Below are positions 33,619 to 43,703 of a DNA stretch of 43,741 bases, piece by piece. The DNA lies in the IMG/VR virus record IMGVR_UViG_3300044580_000104, positions 1-43,741 of that record; one strand, given 5' to 3'. This stretch comes from a virus (lineage: Duplodnaviria; Caudoviricetes). Numbering within the stretch: the stretch's first letter is position 1; each line of letters begins with the position of its first letter. Made by a program: the position numbers and the translations under genes. Below the pieces are notes generated by a model, which had not been told where the DNA came from, did not search any database, and saw nothing but the letters and a program-made list of their open reading frames with translations.

Positions 33619-34608
33619 CTAGGCTAAGGTGGTTACACCGTTGGTCAGACTGAGCTTGAGCCAGTTGGTCAGGGTGCTGTGGTACATGGGACTCAAGGTG
33701 AAATCGAGGGTGGCGATGCCGTCAGCATCCGAGATGTACTTCGGGGCTTCCGGAGCAAACCCTGCAAATTGGATCTGGAAGATTTGTGTGCCGAGGGTGA
33801 ACGTGATCTGCACCTTGGCTTTGAACGGGGTGGGCAAGGTCGGGTTAGCGATGGACTGGTAGTAACCCGCGGAATTCGCGTCCAGCTCCATCGACATCTT
33901 GAGCTGGTTGGAACCAGCATCGATCTTCTTGCCAATCTTGTGCGTAACCGGGTAAGCACTGCCAATACCCATCTGAAGCATCCAGCCGAGGTTCAGGCCG
34001 AGTTCCAGACTGTACGCCAGGGGAACGAGGGTTGTGGTGCCCATCGTACCGGCCCAGGTATCCAGCTTGATGGCTGCCTGGTTGGAATGAAGATAGTTCA
34101 CAGAGCGATCCAGGAGCACGGCCAGTGCATCCGATTCCACAGAGTGGCCCAGATACTTGGCGTCAACAGTGACACGCTTATTGCTCTCGGCCTTGATGGA
34201 AATCTCATTGCAGACCGCTCCCTTGAGGCAGCGGGTATCCAGTGCGGAGCCGTAGGTGATGGTGTTCAAGCGCGGGGTGGGGACAGCGGTCAACGGTGGC
34301 GCGTACGCACGCACGTATCCGGGTCCAGCGCCAGGGGTGGCTTCCCCGAACATCGAATCCAGGTGATAGGCAAGGTCTTCGTAACTCGCGTCGCCTTTGA
34401 TGGTGGCTTCGCCGGTGATCTTGTCAACGGTGGCATCGAAGGCTGGGGCAAGGGAGGCGCGTGCTTCCTCAACGATGCTGGTCTCGACGTTTGCAGCCAG
34501 CTCAACTTCGCTCACGCCCATGAGCTTTACGGTCGGGGTCACCGCCGTACCGATCACGGACTGCTTTGCGAGCTGTGTCTGGAACAGGTCTTTTTGATTG
34601 TCAGGCAT
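33619..34608 (-). CDS. Major tail tube protein
   Basis: 329 aa, T/A-rich beta protein; QLAKQSVIGTAVTPT start; position before chaperone/TMP. Confidence 0.75.
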   Translation of the reverse strand: MPDNQKDLFQTQLAKQSVIGTAVTPTVKLMGVSEVELAANVETSIVEEARASLAPAFDATVDKITGEATIKGDASYEDLAYHLDSMFGEATPGAGPGYVRAYAPPLTAVPTPRLNTITYGSALDTRCLKGAVCNEISIKAESNKRVTVDAKYLGHSVESDALAVLLDRSVNYLHSNQAAIKLDTWAGTMGTTTLVPLAYSLELGLNLGWMLQMGIGSAYPVTHKIGKKIDAGSNQLKMSMELDANSAGYYQSIANPTLPTPFKAKVQITFTLGTQIFQIQFAGFAPEAPKYISDADGIATLDFTLSPMYHSTLTNWLKLSLTNGVTTLA

Positions 34609-34777
34609 TGCTGACCTCCTTCTTTACTTTTTCATCGGCGCTGGCGTACACGCCGGACGATACGAGTTTTTCGACAACTTCGGCGGGGAGTTCTTTGACC
34701 TCCGCTTCGGTCAGATTGCGGGTCGGGACGCCCATAAAAAACTGCTTCCCGTCACCTTTGTAAATTAGTGCGCTCAT
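34601..34777 (-). CDS. Small virion-morphogenesis protein (58 aa, MSALIYKG...)
   Basis: Overlaps both neighbours; GVPTRNLT motif; not in track. Confidence 0.6.
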   Translation of the reverse strand: MSALIYKGDGKQFFMGVPTRNLTEAEVKELPAEVVEKLVSSGVYASADEKVKKEVSNA

Positions 34778-35232
34778 TTGTCGGGTGCCTCCACGGTCAC
34801 CTTGATTTTTTCGAGCAGATACGGATTGCCATCGATGTACGGGATAGCGGTGATCTGCGACGGTTCCGGGGTGTAGTCAACCACCCGGTAATTGGTGCCG
34901 GACTGGTGGGTCACAAACCAGGCAGCCAGTGCCGCTTCGCAGGTGTCGATCTTGTCCTCCCGCTGCTGCTCTGTCAGCGGATTGGATTTGTCACCGTCGT
35001 AAACGAGTATTTGGAGTTCAAGATCGATGTGGTTGTCGTAGACTTGTGCGCCGATCCCACGGATGCTGCGCTGGATACCGGCGGACAAGACCAGGCAAAC
35101 CGGACTTTCGCCGTCCAGTTTTCCTTTCTGGTAGCCATAGACCGAGGAGAACACTTTGCCACTCCCGGCCACGGCAGACGACAGCGCGGTCACGATCTCA
35201 TCACGTACGGTTTCACGGGAAAGAGTTGTCAT
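34774..35232 (-). CDS. Tail terminator/completion protein
   Basis: R..VRDEIV.AL start; synteny before tail tube. Confidence 0.6.
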   Translation of the reverse strand: MTTLSRETVRDEIVTALSSAVAGSGKVFSSVYGYQKGKLDGESPVCLVLSAGIQRSIRGIGAQVYDNHIDLELQILVYDGDKSNPLTEQQREDKIDTCEAALAAWFVTHQSGTNYRVVDYTPEPSQITAIPYIDGNPYLLEKIKVTVEAPDK

Positions 35233-35615
35233 GGAAGCTCACTTATCAGGTAACGAACGGCTCTCGCGCCTATGTCTGATCCGCGCTCTGAGACCGTCCG
35301 CTCGTAGAAGGCATGTTCACCACCACGGGCATTTTCAACTTCACCGTAAACAGCAGCACGAGATCCGGAGCGCCAGTTCTTGGCAGCCGGATCGGGGTGG
35401 ATGATGAAACGTGCGGGTCCGTCCTGGTCGATTCGATGGCTGGCTCTCAGTGTTCCGGTGTCAACGTGGGTGATCGAAATCGCATACCGTTCAGCTTCGA
35501 CTGCTGCGTACCTGGCAGCTCGTCCAAGACCACCTTGCGGCTTTACTGCCGCGATCAGCTTCAGGTTGGCAGCCTGCGCTTGCTGCAAGCCCCGAATGGA
35601 CATATTCCCGCTCAT
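35229..35615 (-). CDS. HK97 gp10-like neck/tail completion protein
   Basis: IRGLQ, VDTGTLRASH, VYG.VE motifs. Confidence 0.7.
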   Translation of the reverse strand: MSGNMSIRGLQQAQAANLKLIAAVKPQGGLGRAARYAAVEAERYAISITHVDTGTLRASHRIDQDGPARFIIHPDPAAKNWRSGSRAAVYGEVENARGGEHAFYERTVSERGSDIGARAVRYLISELP

Positions 35616-35944
35616 TCTTTCAAGTCCTCAAGAATCAGTTGAAGAAAGCCGGTGGTATCGGCGATAAAGGTTTGCAGCAGTTCGTGTGGGGTATCGAGGC
35701 CCATTGTTGAGGCCAGTTCCGCACTGACGGGGTCGAGTGGAGTTACCGTCAACCCCGTCAAGTACGTGGACGCCGCGAGGCGCTTATCCCCGGATGTAGT
35801 GGCGCGTTTCGTGGTTGCGGATATAGTGGCAAGTCGCTGAAATGAAGCAGAGTAGGTTCCTGTCTTCGCCCAGTCAGAACATGCCTTTACTGGATATTCT
35901 TTGGTGCCAATCACGAGGATGTCGCCTTCGCGGATGTCAACCAT
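35612..35944 (-). CDS. Head-closure/head-tail adaptor protein
   Basis: DIREGDILVIGTKEYPV; synteny. Confidence 0.55.
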   Translation of the reverse strand: MVDIREGDILVIGTKEYPVKACSDWAKTGTYSASFQRLATISATTKRATTSGDKRLAASTYLTGLTVTPLDPVSAELASTMGLDTPHELLQTFIADTTGFLQLILEDLKE

Positions 35945-36379
35945 TTAGTCCTCGGTCTCCTGGAAGTTCTGCACCAGGTTGCCGTATTCGAGGGTAGCGT
36001 TGTTGTCTCCATACGCTCGCCGGATGTAGTCTTCTTTGCGCTGGATCGCTTTATCGAGTTCAGACGTGAGGTTGCTCATGGACTCAGAGCGCGGCCCGAT
36101 GGTGAAGTTGTTGAAGTCGGAATTACCGAGGATGTTCTGAAGAACGCGCAACTCAGCACGGTCGAAAAATTCTTCGATCTGATCGTCCGTAAGAGCGGCC
36201 AGGTTGGCGTCGGTTACTGTGATACTGGAAACAAGGCCCATCTTGCGCAAAGCCGAGGCTAGCGGTCCGTTCAAGTCAGCGTTGGTACCGACCACGGTCA
36301 CGGCCATGCTTACCAGGGCCATGCGCTTACCGCACCGGCTCACGAGTTCAGTTTCAGCGTTTGCGCGTGTGATGGTCAT
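35945..36379 (-). CDS. Head-tail connector-like protein
   Basis: Size and synteny after capsid. Confidence 0.5.
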   Translation of the reverse strand: MTITRANAETELVSRCGKRMALVSMAVTVVGTNADLNGPLASALRKMGLVSSITVTDANLAALTDDQIEEFFDRAELRVLQNILGNSDFNNFTIGPRSESMSNLTSELDKAIQRKEDYIRRAYGDNNATLEYGNLVQNFQETED

Positions 36380-36382
36380 GGG

Positions 36383-36979
36383 TTAGGCCCCGATTGCGAG
36401 CCAGTTGATATTCTTGGCGGCGTCAGCAGCGATCATGGTTACATCAGCGTCGCCGGTGATCTTCCAACATTTCAAGATCACAGAACCAGCAGCTGGAGCG
36501 CCTGCCTGGTCACCGATGGTTGCGGATCCCCCCGCCAGGGTGTCACCATCCAGATCGTCTTGCGGAGTGGCGATCACAGCCACGACGGTGGTGAGGCCGG
36601 TTACAACAGTGGCGGTTCCGGTGACAGCAGCGACGCCGCGGGCAAGTTTGTAACCACCAGCGATACCGCCAACAAGTGCGTTGATCTCAGCGGCAGTCTT
36701 GGTGATCGAGGTTCCGGCACCAGCGCCAAGTTTTAGGTCAGCTACGGCCAGAGCGTCCAGGTTCTTGTTGGCACCCAGGACGACAGCCTTCGAGGCCGCG
36801 GCGGTCCCGGCAGTCACACCAGCGACCTTGTTGATCTCGGCAGCGGTTGCGGTCACGCCATCGAGTATGTTGAGTTCAGCGGCGCTGGGTGTAACTTCTT
36901 CACCTTTGATGTGAAGGGTTCCCTTTATTTCCAGCTCGTGCTCAACGATCAGATAATCTTCACGTGCAGGTGTTTTCAT
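36383..36979 (-). CDS. Virion fibre/decoration-like protein
   Basis: Repeated AAE(L/I)N motif (AAELNILDGVTATAAEINKVAGVT; TAAEINAL), A/G/T-rich. Confidence 0.55.
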   Translation of the reverse strand: MKTPAREDYLIVEHELEIKGTLHIKGEEVTPSAAELNILDGVTATAAEINKVAGVTAGTAAASKAVVLGANKNLDALAVADLKLGAGAGTSITKTAAEINALVGGIAGGYKLARGVAAVTGTATVVTGLTTVVAVIATPQDDLDGDTLAGGSATIGDQAGAPAAGSVILKCWKITGDADVTMIAADAAKNINWLAIGA

Positions 36980-37043
36980 GCGTTGGTCTCCTTACAAAAT
37001 GGCTGGCAGGTTACCCCGCCAGCCATTACTTTGCCTTTGGCGG

Positions 37044-37277
37044 CTACTGACCGGCTTCCGCAGGTTCGTCGTCTGCCGGTTTCTCTTTGGTCTCAGGTCT
37101 CGGATCGGCGTCCTTGTTCTTGCTGGACTTCTTACCGGAAACCGAGATCCCTGCCTTCTCGCAGAGCATGTCGATCTTTTTGTCGATCTGATCGAGCTTC
37201 TCTACGATGGCTGCCTGGTCGGCTGCCAGCTTTTCCTGTGCAGCGACCTTCTTTGCCTCAGCGATTGACTGTTTCAC
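37044..37277 (-). CDS. Small hypothetical protein
   Basis: Follows capsid; coiled coil plus charged tail. Confidence 0.55.
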   Translation of the reverse strand: MKQSIAEAKKVAAQEKLAADQAAIVEKLDQIDKKIDMLCEKAGISVSGKKSSKNKDADPRPETKEKPADDEPAEAGQ

Positions 37278-37287
37278 GAGTCACCGC

Positions 37288-38382
37288 CTAGTGGCCAAAC
37301 CCGGTCGGGGTGGTGTAAGCGCCGTCTGCGGATACTTCCATGCAGACGCCGTTCAAGCGGTTGCCAACCCCAAAGCCGAAGCGATGGGAGTAGAAAGCGT
37401 TGTTGAACGGGAATTCCTCATCCTGGGCGATCAAACGCAGGCCACCGGCAAGGCCGGTATCGGCGGGATCTTCACGCATCATCAGAGGTTTGGGGGCGTC
37501 GGCGTGAACGGCCATCAGGTATGTTGCAGGCAAGGAGCGCCATTCAACTACCCAGACACCGTCGCAGATACCGCGCACGCGGCCAGGGGTTCCAGCCGGA
37601 ACGCCAACAACCTTGTCGGCGTTGTCGCCAGGTTGGATGAAGCGCTGGGTGACCGGGTCAAAATCGGAGAGGGCTTCGATCTTGTCAGCGATAGCGGTGG
37701 TGCAGAGCATCACGATGTTGGACCCTCCGGTCGGGGTGCCGAAGTGCTCTTCAAGTTCATCCCGGACGGTAATGCAAGGGTTGTTGCTGTCGCTGATGTT
37801 GGCAACGGTGTACCCAGAGTTCAGGTAATGGTCTTCAACGGCTTCGGTGTCTGAACCCAGCACTGCCGGATACACGGTAGCGTCACCATTTGCCAGAGGC
37901 TGTACGGAAAGCGAGCCGTGGATTGGATCAGCAAAGGTGATTGCAGAGCCGCTGTTATCATCAAGAAGAGCGCGCATGATCTCGCGGCGGACGGTGTTCA
38001 CGTCCTGAATCTTGATGGTGTCGAGATGCTTGTTCAGTTGCGCAACGGTCATGTAGGCAAAGCCAACACGGTCACGGGAGAACTGAGCGCCGTAGTCAGA
38101 CAGCGGGAATGCGACGTCCCAGTGTCCAGTCGCTTTGACAGCAGCAGGTTGTCCTTGAGTGCCAAGCGGTTGCAGGTAACCGCCGCCAGCGAGTTCATAG
38201 CGGCGTTTGAAGTCGGAGGTACGACCTTCCAAAAACAAACCCAGGATGCTGTTCAGCTCGTTGTTGTATTTCTCCAACTCAGCCTGAACAGCCTCGTAAA
38301 CGATTTGCTGTCCAACGGTTTGAATCAGGGTTCGTTCCGCAGCGGCTTCTTGAATTCCAAGTGCGCCTAAAATACCAGACAT
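37288..38382 (-). CDS. Major capsid protein
   Basis: 364 aa after scaffold/decoration genes; C-term FYSHRFGFGVGNR..GV; GGAGG RBS. Confidence 0.75.
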   Translation of the reverse strand: MSGILGALGIQEAAAERTLIQTVGQQIVYEAVQAELEKYNNELNSILGLFLEGRTSDFKRRYELAGGGYLQPLGTQGQPAAVKATGHWDVAFPLSDYGAQFSRDRVGFAYMTVAQLNKHLDTIKIQDVNTVRREIMRALLDDNSGSAITFADPIHGSLSVQPLANGDATVYPAVLGSDTEAVEDHYLNSGYTVANISDSNNPCITVRDELEEHFGTPTGGSNIVMLCTTAIADKIEALSDFDPVTQRFIQPGDNADKVVGVPAGTPGRVRGICDGVWVVEWRSLPATYLMAVHADAPKPLMMREDPADTGLAGGLRLIAQDEEFPFNNAFYSHRFGFGVGNRLNGVCMEVSADGAYTTPTGFGH

Positions 38383-38396
38383 GATTTACCTCCGTG

Positions 38397-38804
38397 TTAC
38401 CCGGCCCAGCCGGTGACTTTGAGAACTTTGGTGGCGTCTTTGCTGTTATGCACAGCGACAACACGACCAACAAGCAGGGAAGTGTCCCCGGCTGCGTCTG
38501 CCAGCTCACCGACGCTGTTTGACACGTAGGCGGCGCTGTCGTACGCACCACTCAGGGTGTAGCCGTACAGCTCACCGCGAACGAGCACGGAGATGGCCTG
38601 ACCGGCTGCAACAGTTTCCAGGGCAATGCCGCGGAATTGATCGGCAGCGGCGGCATTCGCGTCAGCCAGGCCGTACTTTCCGTTGCTGTCGATGTAAACA
38701 GGCTGACCGGCTTCGATGGCTACGCCAGCGATACCGTTGTCGATCTCAGCCTTGTGGGGGTACACGACCCCGATTTGTTCTTTGGTGCGGGTAATATCCG
38801 CCAT
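38397..38804 (-). CDS. Capsid decoration/cement-like protein
   Basis: AGVAIEAGQPVY...GIALETVAAGQAISVLVRG. Confidence 0.65.
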   Translation of the reverse strand: MADITRTKEQIGVVYPHKAEIDNGIAGVAIEAGQPVYIDSNGKYGLADANAAAADQFRGIALETVAAGQAISVLVRGELYGYTLSGAYDSAAYVSNSVGELADAAGDTSLLVGRVVAVHNSKDATKVLKVTGWAG

Positions 38805-38830
38805 TGTGGTACTCCTTCAAAAATGGTTGG

Positions 38831-39550
38831 TTAGAGTGCGATCTTCGGGCTGTTGTCCACCGGTGGGGTGACCGGCGGGATCGGCTTCTGCCCAGCCGGC
38901 GGGATCGGAGTGCCCTTACCTGGAGGCGTGGTTGCGGAAGCCTCGAACAGGTACGCATCGGTCTTTGCCAGCTCGACCAGGGCCTCTTCAATGCCCAGGG
39001 TTTTGCCGTCTTTCTCGCTGATCTTTGAGCGGTCGATCAGCGCAGGCACACGTTCAAGTGCTTCAGCGCGAACTGAGGGGCGGGTTACTTTCCCGTCTTT
39101 GTCCTTGATCTGGCGTGCGGCTGCCTGTTTGATCTCGCTATCCACAAGGCGCTTTTGCAGGTCTGCTATGGTGGTGTCCTTTGTGGTCAGGTCACCTTTG
39201 GCTTTTGTGAGGTCGTCCTGCGCCTTCTGGATGTCGGACTTGATTTTGTCGTCAGCGTCTTTCTTGGCCTTGAGGAAAGCCTGGTACTCGGTTTCGTCTT
39301 TCACGCCGAGCGCTTCGTAGAACTTCTTGCGTTCTGCTTCGGCTGCCCGGTTGGCCCGATCGGCAAACTGGCGATCCAGCTCTTCCTGCGTTGGGCCGCC
39401 ATTACCCGTGGCGTTCGGTGGGGTGCCAGCCGGAGGAGTTGCTGTTGAAGTAGCAGGCGGTGTTGCGGGAGGGGTTCCCGTACCACCACCAGTTCCACCA
39501 TCTGCCGGGGCATCAAAATAAAACGCAGGTCGTCCGATTTTCTTGAACAT
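38831..39550 (-). CDS. Capsid scaffolding protein (start MFKKIG)
   Basis: AAAGGAG RBS; G/T/P-rich N-terminus, TQEELDR, coiled coil, ..AYLF..GTP. Confidence 0.8.
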   Translation of the reverse strand: MFKKIGRPAFYFDAPADGGTGGGTGTPPATPPATSTATPPAGTPPNATGNGGPTQEELDRQFADRANRAAEAERKKFYEALGVKDETEYQAFLKAKKDADDKIKSDIQKAQDDLTKAKGDLTTKDTTIADLQKRLVDSEIKQAAARQIKDKDGKVTRPSVRAEALERVPALIDRSKISEKDGKTLGIEEALVELAKTDAYLFEASATTPPGKGTPIPPAGQKPIPPVTPPVDNSPKIAL

Positions 39551-39616
39551 GACTACTCCTTTGCCGCCTTTGACCGCAGGCGTAGCGTGAGGGGGAGTGG
39601 GTCCCGCCGGGAACGC

Positions 39617-39654
39617 AAAAATCCCGAAGTGCACAGTAAGTGCGCTTCGGGATT
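39617..39654 (-). terminator. Terminator-like hairpin upstream of scaffold gene
   Basis: AATCCCGAAGCGCAC-TTACT-GTGCACTTCGGGATT-TTT on minus strand. Confidence 0.6.
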
Positions 39655-39697
39655 CAATGCCTCGATCAGCGGGGGTAAAACTATTTTGTTGGCGGCA

Positions 39698-40114
39698 TTA
39701 TAGCGTGGTTTTTTCGTAACGTTCGTAGAAAACCGTCCAGAAGTCCCGGTGCATGGACTCTGCCAGGCTGGCAATATCCTCGTCCTTGTTGGTCCAGTCC
39801 CACTCTTTGAAGGTCACGAAATAGTTGACCGCGTGCATCAACTCATGGGCAATGTATCCAGAACCGATCAGCTCGTGCACCAGGTGCAGCTCGCCAAATT
39901 TCCGGCCAGCCGAGACGATCTGTGTCTCGCTGTCCCATACGTGATCATAGGTCAGACAGGCACCCAGCGCGTCCTGCAGCTTGCGATCCGGATAGGCTTT
40001 TGCGAAGGCTGCCCGCATGTATTCAGCGTCCTGCCAGATGAACACATGAAAATAATGGCCGTCCATGACGGGCAGCTTCCAGGTGGTCTCAATGCCGAGA
40101 TGAAGTGTGTGCAT
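39698..40114 (-). CDS. HExxH-containing hypothetical protein (start MHTLHL)
   Basis: IAHELMHA plus downstream acidic DEDIA. Confidence 0.6.
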   Translation of the reverse strand: MHTLHLGIETTWKLPVMDGHYFHVFIWQDAEYMRAAFAKAYPDRKLQDALGACLTYDHVWDSETQIVSAGRKFGELHLVHELIGSGYIAHELMHAVNYFVTFKEWDWTNKDEDIASLAESMHRDFWTVFYERYEKTTL

Positions 40115-40121
40115 GGTGGCC

Positions 40122-40991
40122 TCAGTGCTTGAACGCGTCTGCCGGGTGCTGATCCGGGTAGTTTCCCTTTGCCCGCTCGGATAGCCAGTAATCCGCTCCA
40201 TCGCGCATTTTTGCGGTCAAGCCATCGTCATATTCTGGAAGGTACAGAACACCAGAAGTCCGGCACCACCAGTGAAAGCCGGGCCAGTCCATTTCATCCG
40301 CAAAGCGCGGCGTTCCGGTCAACTTGAACGGTTTATCGAGCGGCTGTATCTGACCATGCACCCGTATGCAACAGTCAGTTGTCCGGTTATCCAGGGCAGC
40401 GATTGCCTGTTTTTGGAAAACCGTACCATCGCCGGACTGAATCATGTGAGCACTGGCCCAATCCGAAAATCCAGACCACAGCAATGTGGCAGCTAAGGCA
40501 GCCAGATTGACGGCAATATCACTCGGCTTCAAAATACCCTGCCGGTCTTCGTCGCCGGTGATCTGCTCGGGTTCAGCTTCTGCAAGGATCATGGCCTGGA
40601 TCATGGCTTCCTGAGCGTCCACGCGGGCAACCATCGCGTCGACAACAGCTTGGCGCTGAGCCTGGCCGGTTGGATCTCCGGAAACAGCAGTCTTGACACC
40701 ATAGAACTGCATCTGCCGGGCAGCTTCCTCGATACCGATCCCTTGTGCATCTGTGAGCAAGGAAGTGGTCTCGGAGGAGATCGTACGCCGCAGCTCGTTC
40801 ATCGTGTCAGACAGCGCGATAAGCGGGTACGGTTCTGAAATGGCAGTTTTCAGGGCGCGGTTGGCATTCCGGTACGCAGACAGCACAAACCCACGGGGGT
40901 GATCTGTCGTACCAATGCGAGCGAACAGGCCAGCGATTGTCTCGTTGGCCTTGACACCGGAATCTATTGCCTGCTTGAGTGGATTGGACAT
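40122..40991 (-). CDS. Minor head protein (Mu gpF/SPP1 gp7-like)
   Basis: LDNRTTDCC..VHGQ...PGFHWWCRT. Confidence 0.8.
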   Translation of the reverse strand: MSNPLKQAIDSGVKANETIAGLFARIGTTDHPRGFVLSAYRNANRALKTAISEPYPLIALSDTMNELRRTISSETTSLLTDAQGIGIEEAARQMQFYGVKTAVSGDPTGQAQRQAVVDAMVARVDAQEAMIQAMILAEAEPEQITGDEDRQGILKPSDIAVNLAALAATLLWSGFSDWASAHMIQSGDGTVFQKQAIAALDNRTTDCCIRVHGQIQPLDKPFKLTGTPRFADEMDWPGFHWWCRTSGVLYLPEYDDGLTAKMRDGADYWLSERAKGNYPDQHPADAFKH

Positions 40992-40993
40992 TT

Positions 40994-42634
40994 TTACTTA
41001 GTGTTATTCGGTGGGTTCGTATTCGATCCGGAAGTTTTCTTTGCAGGCGGCGTTCCTGCTGGGTTGGCGGCAAGCGCCCTACTGGCTTGCAGGGCAAGCA
41101 TCTTCTGCTCCTGGGCGGTCTGGTAATCCGGGTCTTTTTGAAGCTCGGCAATCTTGTCGTCTGACCAGCCGTTATTTTTCAGGAATACCAGGAGCGGGAT
41201 GCCAGCGGTCTTGGCTGCTCCGGCTGCGGTCCAGAATGATTGCTGAATTTCAAGATCATCCAGGGGGTCTTTGCTGTATACCGGGCGGTCTGCATCGATG
41301 CTGTGATCTAGGTCGCCTTTATCGAAGCTCTCAAGATCGAAGCCCTTGAATTCGTCATACCTGCGATACCCGGCAAGAGCAATGGCCATCTGCTGGGCAC
41401 GCACGAGCGCATTATCGTAATTCGGGCGGCGCTCGTTCACCTTCGTGATCACCGGTTCCCGGTTGATGCGCAGTGCCCGTCCGGACACGTCGCCGGAGGC
41501 ATTGTCGATGTCTTCAGATAGTTCCGGGTAATCACGTTCAATTTTGGCGATCATTTTCTCGATCCCAGCCAGCACGTCCGCGATCTGCAAGGGAGCAACC
41601 ATCGGGGTAGCTGTGGAGCCAGGAGGCGCGTACACGATCGGTGTGTTCTGCCGGTCGCCTTCCGGATCACCGTTTTGCACAGCAGTGGTATCCGCGGTTT
41701 TACTGGGCTTTGGATCGACGCTCGGTTTGGGTACGCCGGAGAATAACCAGCTCGCATTGACCGACTTCCTGATCTGGTCATTGAGCAGGCTGGCCTGGTC
41801 GTCAACTTCGCGGAAATTGGACATGGCCGGGTGCATTTCAGACCAACCCCAGTCCAGACCAACATCACGGTGCTTGATAATGACCATCGGGACAAAGCCA
41901 TAGTTCTCATCCCACTCTGCGATCCCATCGCCATCCCAGGCAAACAGGGAGTCGTCTTTGTAGGTCTGGTAATGGATATTCGGGTCGTTCTCTTTGCGGG
42001 TGCAGACCTCTTTGTAAACGGCCATATTGCCGGTCTTTGGATCTCGGCGCTGTTCCTCGATGACGTACCCGCGAACATTGCTGCGCACGTCAAACTCAGC
42101 ATAAGACACCGTTCCCGGATGCACTGGCAGCATGTACACCCGTTTGCGCTTGGTGTCGTCGATGATCTTGACCACGGAATCACCCAGAACAGGGCCATGC
42201 AGGGTAACCATGCCCTTTTTGATCTGCCAGTTGGACCACTGCCAGATTTGCGCAATGGCCGGACGCAGACTCTCGTTTTCGGTAAAAATAGGAATGGCGG
42301 AAGGGGTTGTTTTTCCATCACCGGCGAGCGGGTCCAGTTTGCCGCCCCACAGGTGTGACTGCCACCAGTCACCCAGGCGATAAGCCGGGTTATAAATACC
42401 ACGAATATACCGGTACAGTCCATAGGTGGCCATGTATGACTTGGCCCACGAGTTCACCTTGCGATAGGCGGAATTCTCGAACATGGCCCAGTTGATCTGG
42501 TAACGCGACAGCCGGGCGTTCCGGCTGTTGAAGTCATCCAGGGATACGGTCAGTGGGTTGCTGTTCGTGTACTGCTCTCTGAAAGCGGTTACTGCTGCCA
42601 TAGTTGCACTCCATACTCTTTGTGACCAGTTCAT
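40994..42634 (-). CDS. Portal protein
   Basis: 546 aa upstream of minor head/scaffold; IYNPAYRL, VLGD, N.YGFVPMV..KH, SGRAL. Confidence 0.75.
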   Translation of the reverse strand: MNWSQRVWSATMAAVTAFREQYTNSNPLTVSLDDFNSRNARLSRYQINWAMFENSAYRKVNSWAKSYMATYGLYRYIRGIYNPAYRLGDWWQSHLWGGKLDPLAGDGKTTPSAIPIFTENESLRPAIAQIWQWSNWQIKKGMVTLHGPVLGDSVVKIIDDTKRKRVYMLPVHPGTVSYAEFDVRSNVRGYVIEEQRRDPKTGNMAVYKEVCTRKENDPNIHYQTYKDDSLFAWDGDGIAEWDENYGFVPMVIIKHRDVGLDWGWSEMHPAMSNFREVDDQASLLNDQIRKSVNASWLFSGVPKPSVDPKPSKTADTTAVQNGDPEGDRQNTPIVYAPPGSTATPMVAPLQIADVLAGIEKMIAKIERDYPELSEDIDNASGDVSGRALRINREPVITKVNERRPNYDNALVRAQQMAIALAGYRRYDEFKGFDLESFDKGDLDHSIDADRPVYSKDPLDDLEIQQSFWTAAGAAKTAGIPLLVFLKNNGWSDDKIAELQKDPDYQTAQEQKMLALQASRALAANPAGTPPAKKTSGSNTNPPNNTK

Positions 42635-42637
42635 GGG

Positions 42638-43045
42638 TTAGTCTCCCGCGCACCCCTTGCTGCGCTTTTTTCGCAGGGCTTCAAGCTCAATACGCAGGGC
42701 GATCAGTTCTTTTTCCTGCCGCTGCGTGATGTCTTCAAGCTCACCGATCCGGACATCCTTGCTTTCGATGATCTTTTCCAGGTCTTTGATCTTCTGATCA
42801 CGTTTTTCCAGTTGATCAGCCAGACAGTCAATGCGCTTATCCAGTTCATCAATACGCAGCCGGAATTTCTCAGTTTGCGTGGCCATCTTTTCAGCAGCCT
42901 CGGCATACGTCTTCACGGCACTGGCTTCTTTTTCTTTGGACTCAGCCCTGGCTTTCTCCCCGCCGGCAATGGCCAGATACAGGGCACCAGCCGCGCCAGA
43001 AATCGAGACTGCCAGGGAGATAATTTCGGGGATTGATAAAGTCAT
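42638..43045 (-). CDS. N-terminal TM plus coiled-coil protein (lysis-associated-like)
   Basis: IISLAVSISGAAGALYLAIAG then long heptad repeat. Confidence 0.65.
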   Translation of the reverse strand: MTLSIPEIISLAVSISGAAGALYLAIAGGEKARAESKEKEASAVKTYAEAAEKMATQTEKFRLRIDELDKRIDCLADQLEKRDQKIKDLEKIIESKDVRIGELEDITQRQEKELIALRIELEALRKKRSKGCAGD

Positions 43046-43046
43046 A

Positions 43047-43139
43047 TTAGTTCACCCAGGATAAATACAACAAGGCGGCTATGATGGCCATAGCCGCCAG
43101 GTTTTCGCAAAGGTTGACAACAATCAGGCTGCCGAACAT
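43047..43139 (-). CDS. Very small hydrophobic peptide (30 aa)
   Basis: TAATG coupling; MFGSLIVVNLCENLAAMAIIAALLYLSWVN*. Confidence 0.45.
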   Translation of the reverse strand: MFGSLIVVNLCENLAAMAIIAALLYLSWVN

Positions 43140-43681
43140 TACTTCCCGGTTGTTTCTTCGGTCTCGATGATATATCCAAGTTCACCAGCTACCCGGCCAC
43201 TGTTCGAGGTGCCGACTACCGGCAGACCTGCCAGGGCGCTCTCATGGGCTTTGCGGCTGATGAAGATCTGCACGACCAGGGCGATCATTGCCGTAAGAAT
43301 GTTGGCGATCACTCCTGCCTGCTTATCGATAGCCGGTACCAGGTTACTTTTCCCGATCACTTGAAGCACGATCAATCCGACCAGTACGAATAGGTTGAGT
43401 CCAGCAGACCAGGCCGAGGCGGTACCGTCTTTGACGATGCCGACCGCTTTCAGGGCATTGACCGCAGCAGTGATGAACAGGGCGACCCCGGACAAACTGG
43501 CAAAGGTGACCAGAATTTCCGTAAGGTCAGGGAATGCGACCTCCTGGGGCGCGGGTGCGGTGATCTGGGCGACGGGTGCGGCGGTACTGGCTTGGACCGG
43601 GCCAGCGGTCAGAAAGGCCATGCACAGAGCGGTCGTGATCACGCTCAGGACAAAGAAAAAGCGAAAGGTCTTGTGTTTCAT
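43139..43681 (-). CDS. Holin-like membrane protein with signal-like N-terminus (start MKHKTF)
   Basis: AAGGAG RBS; signal-like helix then three TM segments (ITAAVNALK..G.VKDG..WS.GLNL). Confidence 0.6.
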   Translation of the reverse strand: MKHKTFRFFFVLSVITTALCMAFLTAGPVQASTAAPVAQITAPAPQEVAFPDLTEILVTFASLSGVALFITAAVNALKAVGIVKDGTASAWSAGLNLFVLVGLIVLQVIGKSNLVPAIDKQAGVIANILTAMIALVVQIFISRKAHESALAGLPVVGTSNSGRVAGELGYIIETEETTGK

Positions 43682-43703
43682 ACTGTCTCCTTGTAAATAA
43701 AAT

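Noticed and set aside
33679-34614. Long antisense ORFs (e.g. 33679..34614, 2407..3222, 37207..37854)
   Set aside because: Shadow frames opposite well-supported genes in GC-rich, codon-biased sequence.
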